DNA from: an uncultured Oscillospiraceae bacterium
GTDB lineage: Bacteria > Bacillota > Clostridia > Oscillospirales > CAG-382
Length of the DNA: 63,537 nt
Reading direction: 5' to 3'
Assembly: GCA_964525815.1 (NCBI GenBank)
Contig: CAZGJQ010000001.1
Location: 1-63,537, forward strand
Made by a program: the position numbers and the translations under genes. Below the pieces are notes generated by a model, which was not told the DNA's origin, did no database searches, and worked only from the letters and a program-made list of their open reading frames with translations. Of the stretch, positions 43,299-52,513 are shown piece after piece; position 1 is the first letter of the stretch, and each line of letters starts with the position of its first letter.

Positions 43299-45254
43299 TT
43301 AGAGCACCTTCCTTACTGTCGAAGGACTGATAGAAGCAAAAATTTGGTCGAAGTTTGTCAGCACCGAGTCGCTTGCCATTCCGCTGTCACGGAACACGGC
43401 GTAGTAGGGCTGCTGCTTTGCAATAGTCGTAACAACATCGTCGGAGATGTTGTTGTCAAAGCAGGCATACAAAAAGCCGTCTGCAACATTGAACACCTTG
43501 CAGCCGTTGATAGTAGTTTCCTCAATCTTGGAGGAAAGGAGCACACCGAGGTCAAGCATAACCTGAAACAGCAAATCTTCGGGAGTTCTCTCCTCTTTGA
43601 TGTTGCTGGCGTAGTTGTCAAAGGTGGCCTGCGCAACCTCGTCGGGCTTGTAGAACACTTCCTTCATGTTGGATGTGTCGCATTTGAGCACACGGAAGCC
43701 TGTGTCAAGGTTCTGTGCCGTCAAGCCGTTTTCTTCTTTGATTTTTGCGCCTGCACGGCGGATGCGTTCTTTGCCGATTTCGCAGATGTTTTTGTAGCCG
43801 GCCTTGTAAGCCTCGCTTTTTTCGTCGGTTTCTTCGGGGATTTGCACCATGATGAATTTGCGTTTGCCCCCGTCCTCGGCGTTGAGCTGCATGACTGCGT
43901 GGGCGGTGGTGGCAGAGCCGGAAAAAAAGTCCAAAATTGTATCACTGCCAGAAGAAAGCATATTCATCATGTAAGTTATGACATCAACAGGTTTCACATT
44001 TTCAAATACTCTAACACCATTAAATAAATCTTGAACGCATTGTGTGCCTACATTATATATACTCATCATTTCTTTGGGGATTAAAGTAGAAGGAGCCCCC
44101 ATAGCTTCTCCCAAATATTTTTTGATGTAAATATTCCAATGAGCTTGTTCACCGTTTGCAGATACTAGAGGGCCCGTTGTGGTCTTTTTGAATGTGACCA
44201 TATTATCCTTTAACACTTCATCGAATTTCGGACGAATAAAGCGATATATATATCCGTCCTTTGGATATACAACTTCACCATCGGGACACTCTATACCATA
44301 TTTTTGATTAACATTGGTAGATTTATTCTTAAACACAAAGTCCTTATCACGATATAGTCCTCTATCGTCTTTTTGCGTGTACATTTTGATTGCATCAGAA
44401 GACAGCGGTGCATATATTGTGTTCAAATCATTTTTATTCTTAGTGTACACAAGAATATACTCATGTGTTTTACTTGCGAACTTTGGTCTAATTCCACCTG
44501 CCGTAGAACAGTTCCAGATAAAGCAGTTTACTAGATTATCTTCACCAAAAATGTCATTGCAACATTTTTTCATGTTTTCGATTTCATTATCATCAATGCT
44601 TATTACGAGAACACCCTGGTCGGAGAGTAAGTCTTTTGCCAGTCTAAGGCGAGGATAAATCATATTAAGCCAATCAGTATGAAAACGACCGTTGCTATCG
44701 AGGTTTTTTACAAGGCGGTTGCCCTCATCATCAAACTGCCCGCTGTGTTCCATGTATTCATCGGTGCTTTGGGCAAAGTTATCCTCATACACAAAATCGT
44801 TGCCCGTGTTATAGGGCGGGTCTATGTAAATCATCTTTATTTTGCCAAGGTAGGTTTCCTGTAAGAGCTTCAACACCTCAAGGTTATCACCCTCGATATA
44901 GAGGTTTTCAGTTGTTTCAAAGTCTACACTTCCGCTGCTGCAATAGGGCTTGCCGCTGCTGTCTGCTCCTGTAGGAAATTCTTCATCATCACGAACCGGG
45001 CGCAGGGTTTTGGCAATGGGAGTATTGGCAAGCAAAACAGACTTCTTCTTGTCCGGCCATGTAAATTGATAGCGCTCCTCCTTGCCCTCAACAACCTTGA
45101 CAGAGATTTCCTGCATCAGCACATCCTTGTCAATAGCACGGACAACCTCGCCGTTCTCGTCAATAGCCTCCGTGACAGCGTTGGGGAACATAGCCGCCAA
45201 CGCTCTGAAATTATCATCGGCTTTGTTCGCCGTTTGCATTTTAAGTTTATCCAT
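43299..45254 (-). CDS. mod: Type III R-M Mod subunit (N6-adenine DNA methyltransferase, beta class)
   Basis: Catalytic IDPPYNTGNDF lies upstream of the AdoMet motif DFFSGSATTAHAV. GGAGGA is 8 nt before the ATG. Confidence 0.9.
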   Translation of the reverse strand: MDKLKMQTANKADDNFRALAAMFPNAVTEAIDENGEVVRAIDKDVLMQEISVKVVEGKEERYQFTWPDKKKSVLLANTPIAKTLRPVRDDEEFPTGADSSGKPYCSSGSVDFETTENLYIEGDNLEVLKLLQETYLGKIKMIYIDPPYNTGNDFVYEDNFAQSTDEYMEHSGQFDDEGNRLVKNLDSNGRFHTDWLNMIYPRLRLAKDLLSDQGVLVISIDDNEIENMKKCCNDIFGEDNLVNCFIWNCSTAGGIRPKFASKTHEYILVYTKNKNDLNTIYAPLSSDAIKMYTQKDDRGLYRDKDFVFKNKSTNVNQKYGIECPDGEVVYPKDGYIYRFIRPKFDEVLKDNMVTFKKTTTGPLVSANGEQAHWNIYIKKYLGEAMGAPSTLIPKEMMSIYNVGTQCVQDLFNGVRVFENVKPVDVITYMMNMLSSGSDTILDFFSGSATTAHAVMQLNAEDGGKRKFIMVQIPEETDEKSEAYKAGYKNICEIGKERIRRAGAKIKEENGLTAQNLDTGFRVLKCDTSNMKEVFYKPDEVAQATFDNYASNIKEERTPEDLLFQVMLDLGVLLSSKIEETTINGCKVFNVADGFLYACFDNNISDDVVTTIAKQQPYYAVFRDSGMASDSVLTNFDQIFASISPSTVRKVL

Positions 45255-46128
45255 TATCCTGTTCCTCCGTTTCCTTTACTGGAAATATCGTCTTTAATTC
45301 AAGGGCAATTTCTTCGGCAGTCATAGCCGCCGTTGTCATAGCCTTTCTATCGGCAATCATCGGGCTATATTCCACCACTTGTTTTTTCGTTAGGTCATGC
45401 CAAATGGGAAGGATTGTTTTCCCGTTCACCGTTTCTAACTGAAACAGAGCGTTTAGCTCAGTCTTTGTCCAATATTTATGTTCCGCTATATAATTAGGTG
45501 ATAAAACCACAATACCATATCGAGATTTTCTCAATCCGTTGTCTATTCGTTCTCTCATTGAATCTCCCCATTGCAGGCGTTGAGTATCATACCAAACCTT
45601 GAAGCCAATTTTCTCCATTTCAGCAACAAACTCATCAACAAAAGACTCTTTATCTTCAAAAGCGTGAGATACAAAAACATCATATTCTTCGCTTGTGTCA
45701 CTAATGGTATCAGTCAGAATAGTCGGAGCTAAGCTTGTTGTAACTCGCTGCCGCAATTCAGCAATTCGGGCTTCATAAGCAGACTGAACTTGCTTGCTCG
45801 CCTTGTCTTGCTTTTTCTGGTCAGCCTGCTGTGCCTTTTGCAACTTCAAATACGCATCATTACGCTTATTCCTTTTGTCGGAGATTTTCTTGCCCAAGTC
45901 TGCACTTTCGCCAGACCTTTTTGCATAGTCACCCTGCCACCCCGAAATCTGTTTCAATTTGCTCGATGCCGTAGTAGCAGATGTGCTTTTTGTTATGCTT
46001 TTTTGAGTGCTATTGATTTTCCCTTGAAGATTAGCACAGTCTTTATCTTTAGCCGCCTTTTTCTTTTCAAGGTCAGCTATTTCTTTATCAAGCGTATTAA
46101 CTTGTCTTTGATATTGGTCAATTGACAT
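45247..46128 (-). CDS. Coiled-coil plus TIR domain protein
   Basis: The first roughly 148 aa are K/Q/A-rich and coiled-coil-like. The TIR domain begins YDVFVSHAFEDKESFVDEF...GIVVLSPNYIAEHKYWTKTELNAL. It has an ATGA overlap with DUF4391 and an 8-nt overlap with mod. Confidence 0.8.
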   Translation of the reverse strand: MSIDQYQRQVNTLDKEIADLEKKKAAKDKDCANLQGKINSTQKSITKSTSATTASSKLKQISGWQGDYAKRSGESADLGKKISDKRNKRNDAYLKLQKAQQADQKKQDKASKQVQSAYEARIAELRQRVTTSLAPTILTDTISDTSEEYDVFVSHAFEDKESFVDEFVAEMEKIGFKVWYDTQRLQWGDSMRERIDNGLRKSRYGIVVLSPNYIAEHKYWTKTELNALFQLETVNGKTILPIWHDLTKKQVVEYSPMIADRKAMTTAAMTAEEIALELKTIFPVKETEEQDNG

Positions 46129-46733
46129 CAGACCACCTCTAAATCTTTCTTCAACTTATTTATCTGCTGCACCATCTCAAACTTTTTGTTCGGCTGTTTT
46201 TCTGTGCGGGCTTGTTTTTCAAGGCGGTCAATCTCTTTTTGTAGTCGCTGCCGTTTATCATCAGCCGCAATCTGTTCATCAAGGGTGTTTTCGCCCTCTA
46301 TCTCTACTCCGCCCACCTGCACGACTATATTTTCCCATACGGCATCGAGGGTTAAGCCCTTTAGCGGCAATTCGAAGGAGTTTTTCGGCTTCCATGGGGT
46401 CTGCATCAACCTTGTGTGATAAATGGCAAGTTTATGTTCATTGCCGCATTCTAAAACAAACAACATATTCTGCTCTATTAGCTTTGACAATGTGGCGATT
46501 GTGCTCTCAGCAAAGTCTTTCTTTTTAAGCATCGCCTGCACCACAAAAAAGGTTTTAACCTGCTGCCCCTCAGGGATCAGTATCTTAGCGGGCGACACTT
46601 CGTTTACAATGATGATTTTTGAAATATCGGCATCAATCTTTTCTTTTGCTGCCGTGTTCATCTGGAATTTTGAATATATCGCTTTCTTGGGGAGCTGCTT
46701 GTGCAGCTCCGTTACCTTTGGAAGTCCTAACAT
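46128..46733 (-). CDS. DUF4391 domain protein
   Basis: A 201-aa protein with FFVVQAMLKKKDF...MLFVLECGNEHKLAIYH, as I recall for DUF4391. That family is typically adjacent to SNF2 helicases and methyltransferases. Confidence 0.65.
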   Translation of the reverse strand: MLGLPKVTELHKQLPKKAIYSKFQMNTAAKEKIDADISKIIIVNEVSPAKILIPEGQQVKTFFVVQAMLKKKDFAESTIATLSKLIEQNMLFVLECGNEHKLAIYHTRLMQTPWKPKNSFELPLKGLTLDAVWENIVVQVGGVEIEGENTLDEQIAADDKRQRLQKEIDRLEKQARTEKQPNKKFEMVQQINKLKKDLEVV

Positions 46734-46737
46734 GCGC

Positions 46738-49700
46738 TCACCTCACCACTAAAAAGCATATCAGCTCAAAATCGTCTAAGCCTTTTATCTCGCCGGATAA
46801 AAAGCTAACCTGACCGCCGCCTAAAAAACTGTCAATGTCGTTTTCTTCCTTAACATCAATAATGGAATTGATAGCCTCGGAGAGAAGCTCGGAAATCTCA
46901 CTCATGTCACGGCCGTCTTCGGTTTCATCATTAAAACGGTGATACAGCTCCTCAATAGGCTTGTCCTGCCCACGGCATACAAAACGCATGATGTCAAGCA
47001 TTTTCTTGGGCTGGAGATAGTCGCAAACGACTTCGCCCTCATCGCTTACATAGACCATGTAGAACGGATGAAGTCTATTTTTGTTGTCAATGTTGATGCT
47101 CTGGGCACGGTTTTTCAAAACATAAATAACCCCCGGAGGGCAATCAGCAGAGGCAGGAGCAACGGCGTGAAGTCCCATAGGGGTGCGCTCCAGTTCGGGA
47201 TGCCGCTTGATATAATCGAGCAAATCCAGACGAAACTCGTTAAGTCCCAAGTCCATAATGGATATACCGGTTGACATTTCCTCAATATCAACCACTTCTT
47301 CTTGCAACCGTTGGAGCTGTGCTTTGCGGTATTCGAGGTCGTTCTTTTCTTCGTTGGAGAGGATATTATCGTCGCCGGTGGCGGTCATATCCACAATCTT
47401 CATTCGGGTCTCAACCTTGGATTTCAGATTGATATATTCGTCAAGAGTAATATCGGGCCAGAAGTTCACAAGCTGAATCACCTTATTTTTGCTGCCAATA
47501 CGGTCAACACGACCAAAACGCTGAATAATCCGGACAGGGTTCCAATGTATGTCGTAGTTGATAACATAGTCGCAATCCTGCAAGTTCTGACCTTCGGAGA
47601 TACAGTCGGTTGCGATCAAAATATCAATAGCGGTCTTGTCACCAGGCATCAATAGCTCTTTGTCCTTTGAAACAGGAGAAAAGCAGGTCAGAACCGTGTT
47701 CATGTCTGCCTTTTTAAGCTTAGCCGTTGTACGCCCCTCAACAGAGCCGGTGATAACAGCGGTGTGTAGGCCGAACTTTTTCTGCATATAAGGAGCGACA
47801 TTATCATAGAGGTACATTGCCGTGTCGGCGAAGGCAGTAAAGATAATAACCTTTTTATTGTCCTCATTGCTAGAGTGTTCAATCTTATTTCTGAGATCAG
47901 CCAAAAGCACCTGCAGCTTGTTGTCGTGCTCTGGTGTAATATCGTCAACCATGATGGTGAGCAGCTCCAAAATATCTTGGTCTTTTGCCAGCTCTGCTCG
48001 CCAAGAAATTCTATCCATATCGGCAAGGTCGATCTGGACCTTTTTGCCGATAGATACAAACTCATCACCATTTTGGTCATCAAGGTCGTATTCATCAGCA
48101 TTGGAGATGTCAGTAAGGTCGATTTTGGCACCGGTGGTGCATTCATAACTATCAATTGTTTTTATGGTCTCATCAATTATCCCCTTAATTCTGCGAAGCG
48201 TAAGGTTAAAGGAGAAGACAGAGCTTTCCATACGCTTCATAAGGTTTATTGCCATGAGGCGGCGAATACCAAGCTCACGGTTGGATTGAGTAAACCCTAC
48301 ATTTACTTTATTATCTCCGTACATCTCTGCGTACTTTTCCATACGGCTCGGCAGTATGTAGTGAGATGGACGGTAAATATCCAGATTGAGCTTTGCAAGC
48401 TGCTCAAATATTTCATTGTAGCTAATTGCATCCTTCAGGTCGGTCAGATGAGGTCTGTGAGACTTGGGAGGCAATCTTTCGGGGAACTTACCTATAGCGG
48501 TGGTGTCGTAGTATTTTTCAATATGTTTTCTGGAACGAGCGATTGTTACGCTGTCAAGCACTTCAAAAAAGTCAAAGTCCAACATCCTGAGCAAATTATC
48601 GGTAGTGCGGTCGCAAGGGTCCCACTTGCTCCATGTGTTGAACGCTTTTTGTGCGTTTCTGAAAATCTCATCAATAGTGTGAGAGGTTTTTAGCTTGTTA
48701 TCCAGCTGCTTAGAGTCACCCTCATAGGCGAGCTGAAGCTGATTCTTCAAATCGTTGAAACGGGTATTGACGGGCGTTGCAGACATCATAAGCACCTTTG
48801 TCTTTACGCCTTTACGAATAACCTGCTTCAAAAGTGTAGTGTAGCGATTATCTTTTTCGTCATCTTCCTTGTCCAGCTTACCGCCGTTTCGGAAGTTGTG
48901 GGATTCATCGATAACAACGAGGTCATAGGTATCCCAGCGCAGACGAGACAAATCCGTGCCGTTAGATGTGCCGTTAGTACGCCCAAGGTCGGTATGATAG
49001 AGAACCTTGTAGTTCAAGCGGTCTTCTGCGAGAGGGTTGTTGATATAGTTGTCACGATATGTATTCCAGTTGTTTGAGAGCTTCTTTGGGCAAAGAACAA
49101 GAACACTCTTGTTTCTGGTTTCGTAATACTTAATTACCGCCAAAGCAGTAAATGTCTTACCAAGACCAACAGAGTCGGCAAGAATACAACCGTTGTATTT
49201 TTCAAGTTTATTGATAATTGCAAGAGCAGCATCTCGCTGGAAGTTAAACAGCATACCCCAAACCTTGCTGTCCTTAAAGCCGGTGGCTTCATTAGGCAGC
49301 GTATCTTCGGATACATCATCCAGAAACTCATTGAAAATATTAAACAGCGTAATGAAGTAAATAAACTCTGGCGAGTTCTCATTATAAACCGCCGTGATAT
49401 TCTCAACCACTTGGTCAGTTACATCCTGGAAATTCTTCTTGTCGTTCCAAAGCTGTTCAAAGAGGTCTATGTAGCTTTTGCTCATCGGGAACGATAATCT
49501 CTGCGTGAAGTTATAGGCATAATTGCCACGCTCACAACCAAGGTCAACGGTGGTGAACTCGTTGAACGGCATATATGTGTATTGGTCCTTCTCATTCATA
49601 ACATTGAGGAATCCGGGCACTACCTGGCTGGTCGTATTGGATTTGAATGTTGCCTTTTGTTTAATCCATTCCGCACACTCTTTTGCAATAGCTCGTTGTG

Positions 49701-50004
49701 TCAGCTCGTTGCGGAGACGAATTTCAAACTCTGTACCATAGAGGTTTTGCTCACGGGTCATACGAGGAATGTAAAACTCACGCTTGGATTTCTCAGCCTT
49801 GTCCATCGTGAAAGTAGGAGAGGTAAAAATGAACTGTAAATCCTCAATACCGGAAAGGTTCTTCTTCAATTCCTCATAAGCATAGATAGAAAAGCAGACC
49901 GCTGCGATTCTCAGCTTGCTTTTCTTTGTAATTGTCTCTGATAAATCATCACGAACCCGTGTATTGATATTATCTATCATCTTTGGCATCGATATTGCTT
50001 CCAT
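46738..50004 (-). CDS. SNF2-family helicase (1088 aa)
   Basis: Motif I ILADSVGLGKTFTA, motif II VVIDESHNFRN, motif III MSATPVNTR and motif VI QRFGRVDRIGS. GGAGG lies 8 nt before ATG 50004. The N-terminal roughly 250 aa were not assigned. Confidence 0.9.
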   Translation of the reverse strand: MEAISMPKMIDNINTRVRDDLSETITKKSKLRIAAVCFSIYAYEELKKNLSGIEDLQFIFTSPTFTMDKAEKSKREFYIPRMTREQNLYGTEFEIRLRNELTQRAIAKECAEWIKQKATFKSNTTSQVVPGFLNVMNEKDQYTYMPFNEFTTVDLGCERGNYAYNFTQRLSFPMSKSYIDLFEQLWNDKKNFQDVTDQVVENITAVYNENSPEFIYFITLFNIFNEFLDDVSEDTLPNEATGFKDSKVWGMLFNFQRDAALAIINKLEKYNGCILADSVGLGKTFTALAVIKYYETRNKSVLVLCPKKLSNNWNTYRDNYINNPLAEDRLNYKVLYHTDLGRTNGTSNGTDLSRLRWDTYDLVVIDESHNFRNGGKLDKEDDEKDNRYTTLLKQVIRKGVKTKVLMMSATPVNTRFNDLKNQLQLAYEGDSKQLDNKLKTSHTIDEIFRNAQKAFNTWSKWDPCDRTTDNLLRMLDFDFFEVLDSVTIARSRKHIEKYYDTTAIGKFPERLPPKSHRPHLTDLKDAISYNEIFEQLAKLNLDIYRPSHYILPSRMEKYAEMYGDNKVNVGFTQSNRELGIRRLMAINLMKRMESSVFSFNLTLRRIKGIIDETIKTIDSYECTTGAKIDLTDISNADEYDLDDQNGDEFVSIGKKVQIDLADMDRISWRAELAKDQDILELLTIMVDDITPEHDNKLQVLLADLRNKIEHSSNEDNKKVIIFTAFADTAMYLYDNVAPYMQKKFGLHTAVITGSVEGRTTAKLKKADMNTVLTCFSPVSKDKELLMPGDKTAIDILIATDCISEGQNLQDCDYVINYDIHWNPVRIIQRFGRVDRIGSKNKVIQLVNFWPDITLDEYINLKSKVETRMKIVDMTATGDDNILSNEEKNDLEYRKAQLQRLQEEVVDIEEMSTGISIMDLGLNEFRLDLLDYIKRHPELERTPMGLHAVAPASADCPPGVIYVLKNRAQSINIDNKNRLHPFYMVYVSDEGEVVCDYLQPKKMLDIMRFVCRGQDKPIEELYHRFNDETEDGRDMSEISELLSEAINSIIDVKEENDIDSFLGGGQVSFLSGEIKGLDDFELICFLVVR

Positions 50005-50086
50005 GTTTTCAACCTCCGCCCGGCATCGTAGTTTTTCTGTGGTGCCAGAACCATTTTATAAAATTAGCTGTACGATAAAACGGACA

Positions 50087-50299
50087 TTACGCTTTGTCCG
50101 TGCGTACAGCTTCACAAATATCCCCTATGTCACAATCCAAATACTCACAAATACGCAACAGAATAGAAAGGGCTACTTCTTCTCCCTTGTTGAGTTTACT
50201 CATAGTACCTGTCGCAAGCTGCAAGTCTTTGCGTAGCTTGGGTTTAGAAATCTCTTTTTCAATAAGCAGTACCCAAAGTTTCTTATAACTAATTTTCAT
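50087..50299 (-). CDS. Small XRE/Cro-type HTH protein heading the defence island
   Basis: A 70-aa protein with KDLQLATGTMSKLNKGEEVALSILLRICEYL, an HTH_26/YozG-like motif. SD GAAGAGG lies upstream. Confidence 0.7.
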   Translation of the reverse strand: MKISYKKLWVLLIEKEISKPKLRKDLQLATGTMSKLNKGEEVALSILLRICEYLDCDIGDICEAVRTDKA

Positions 50300-50480
50300 A
50301 AATTTTACCTCTTCACCTTATGATAGTCTAAAAAGGTTAGCGTTAAAGTACACGAACTGTATTATAACACAAACCAACACAGATTGCAATAAAATGCTCT
50401 GTAAATTAAAGAAAACATTGCAACTTCTTGAAGCGTTTATTTGCATGAATAGAAATTGGATAAGACGAACTTATTTATGT

Positions 50481-50522
50481 AAAAAATTAGCACAAGCCAT
50501 GTGTCAATGCGTGGCTTGTGCT
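50481..50522 (-). terminator. Intrinsic terminator after the yolD-like gene
   Basis: AGCACAAGCCA (50489-50499) pairs with TGGCTTGTGCT (50512-50522). On the minus strand it is followed by AATTTTTT. Confidence 0.7.
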
Positions 50523-50945
50523 TTATTCAAGAAATTGAAAAATATCGCTCTCAAGATTTATCACATCATCCATGGGTATCTTTGTTCCGTTTGTCGTTGT
50601 GATCATCCGTTCGTATTCGTCAACCTTTTTGATTTTATCTGTAGTGGTTAGGTAAGCACCGCCGGATTTTGTTTCGTCCGGTTTGAAATATGTAATAGCA
50701 ATATCGGGCTGCTCGTCCAGCCTTTCAAAGAGAATCTGAAATTTCATATTCAAGTTACTGAGAGCTTCTTCATCCAGTTCTATCTTTTCATCCGTAAGCC
50801 GACCGGTCTCCTTGATGGCGGCATCATACCCTGTAAGGGCGGCAAAAGGAGAGAATTGTGCAGCCCGGTCTTTCAAGGACATCTGCGGCCTCGTCTTTGA
50901 TATAGGATGCGGCAGATTGATAATGTCATCATAATCACCAGTCAT
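50523..50945 (-). CDS. YolD-like protein
   Basis: RAAQFSPFAALTGYDAAI and its position downstream of a Y-family polymerase, with an ATGA overlap, are typical of the YolD family. Confidence 0.75.
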   Translation of the reverse strand: MTGDYDDIINLPHPISKTRPQMSLKDRAAQFSPFAALTGYDAAIKETGRLTDEKIELDEEALSNLNMKFQILFERLDEQPDIAITYFKPDETKSGGAYLTTTDKIKKVDEYERMITTTNGTKIPMDDVINLESDIFQFLE

Positions 50946-52450
50946 GCCTTGTGTCCTCCAATCTGTGCATTCCGGTCTTTGGCGGTCGCACCTTCTTCAA
51001 GGTTCATACCCTTTAGGATGGCGTTTTTGCCGTACCGCTTCTTGATGGTCAACATGGCTTGTTGCATTTTCTTTTCTCGTTCAAGCTCTGCTTGTTCTCG
51101 CGCCTGTTTTACTTGAAGTGCCTCGTAGTCTGTGAATAAGTCGAGCTGTTCAAAGCCGACATTTTTCTGTGGTGCGGTGGATTCCTCTATCACACGACCT
51201 GCGGTGATATTCAATCTTCTTACAAGAAGGTTTTTATCTACAATACGGTCATACAGTTCCGAAACGGCAGATAATATTTTCTTGGTGGAAGATGTATAGC
51301 CGTCAAGATTTATCGTGCCATGAGCGTGTTTGGGGATTTGGCGACCATAGTGGTCTTTTGTGATTTCGCCGTGGTACTTGCTCTTGATTACAGGGTCTGT
51401 CAAATTCTCAATATCATATCCAACCGTAATAACAATTTGGTCTGTGACAAGTCCTTTGCTTACCAAGTCTAAAACAAGCAGATCTGCCATTTCACGAAGA
51501 ACGAGTTTTGCCTTATTTGTCTTGTACGGATAATGCAAGACCTGTCCCGAACCCAGACTGTTGGTAGACGGTTTATAGGCTTTTATCGCTTCAATCGTGC
51601 AAGGTTCCCAACCCCATGCATGGTCAATTAGCAGTTCCGCATTTTTCCCAAAGAGCTTGTATAGCTTGTCCTCGTCATTTACGGAGCAGCGAGCAATATC
51701 GCCCATCGTGAACATTCCATTTTCTTCGAGCTTCTTAGCATACCCTCTGCCAACTCGCCAAAAGTCGGTCAAAGGTTGGTGCTTCCATAGCGTTTTTCTA
51801 AAGGTCATTTCGTCAAGCTCTGCAACACGGACACCGTTTTCGTCGGCGGGGATATGCTTTGCAACAATGTCCATAGCGACCTTACAGAGGAACAGATTTG
51901 TTCCAATTCCTGCGGTCGCTGTAATTCCGGTTGTCTCCACTACATCCAAAATAATCTTCATGGCAAGGTCGTGCGGAGACAGCTTATATGTATTCAAGTA
52001 GTCGGTGACATCCATAAACACTTCGTCGATGGAATACACCACAATGTCCTCCGGTGCGACATATTTCATATAGACACTATAGATGCGGGTGCTATATTCC
52101 ATGTAGTGCGCCATTCTCGGAGGGGCAATTATAAAGTCTATTGCAAGTTCTGGATTTGCTTGTAGTTCTGAATATAAGTGGGACGAACCATCTTGTCTTC
52201 GCCCAGGAGCATCGTGCCGTCGCCCTATATTGGCTTCCTTAATTCTTTGTTTAACCTCAAACAATCGTCCTCGTCCAGAGATTCCATAGGACTTGAGTGA
52301 GGGTGTAACCGCCAGGCAGATAGTCTTGTCCGTGCGGCTTTCGTCTGCAACGACAAGGTTGGTGTCCATTGGGTCAAGACCTCGTTCTCTGCACTCAACC
52401 GAAGCATAGAACGATTTGAGGTCAATGGCGATATAGGTTCTTTGTTTCAT
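50942..52450 (-). CDS. Y-family (UmuC/UvrX/DinB-like) translesion DNA polymerase
   Basis: Trimmed to ATG 52450. It has IAIDLKSFYASVECRERGLDP, SIDEVFMDVT and ATAGIGTNLFLCKVA. Confidence 0.85.
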   Translation of the reverse strand: MKQRTYIAIDLKSFYASVECRERGLDPMDTNLVVADESRTDKTICLAVTPSLKSYGISGRGRLFEVKQRIKEANIGRRHDAPGRRQDGSSHLYSELQANPELAIDFIIAPPRMAHYMEYSTRIYSVYMKYVAPEDIVVYSIDEVFMDVTDYLNTYKLSPHDLAMKIILDVVETTGITATAGIGTNLFLCKVAMDIVAKHIPADENGVRVAELDEMTFRKTLWKHQPLTDFWRVGRGYAKKLEENGMFTMGDIARCSVNDEDKLYKLFGKNAELLIDHAWGWEPCTIEAIKAYKPSTNSLGSGQVLHYPYKTNKAKLVLREMADLLVLDLVSKGLVTDQIVITVGYDIENLTDPVIKSKYHGEITKDHYGRQIPKHAHGTINLDGYTSSTKKILSAVSELYDRIVDKNLLVRRLNITAGRVIEESTAPQKNVGFEQLDLFTDYEALQVKQAREQAELEREKKMQQAMLTIKKRYGKNAILKGMNLEEGATAKDRNAQIGGHKA

Positions 52451-52513
52451 GCCTCGGTCACTCCTCTCGAATAACATCAGCTATGCAAGCTGAAACTAAC
52501 TATACACAATTGG

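Noticed and set aside
38902-50004. Whether the SNF2 + methyltransferase + helicase-nuclease block is DISARM, BREX or Thoeris.
   Set aside because: There is no DUF1998 (DrmB), DrmA-type helicase or PLD gene, so it is not DISARM. There is no PglZ, BrxC ATPase or Lon-like gene, so it is not BREX. There is no SIR2/SLOG or macro-domain ThsA partner for the TIR, so it is not canonical Thoeris. It is therefore reported as an unclassified composite rather than assigned to these systems.
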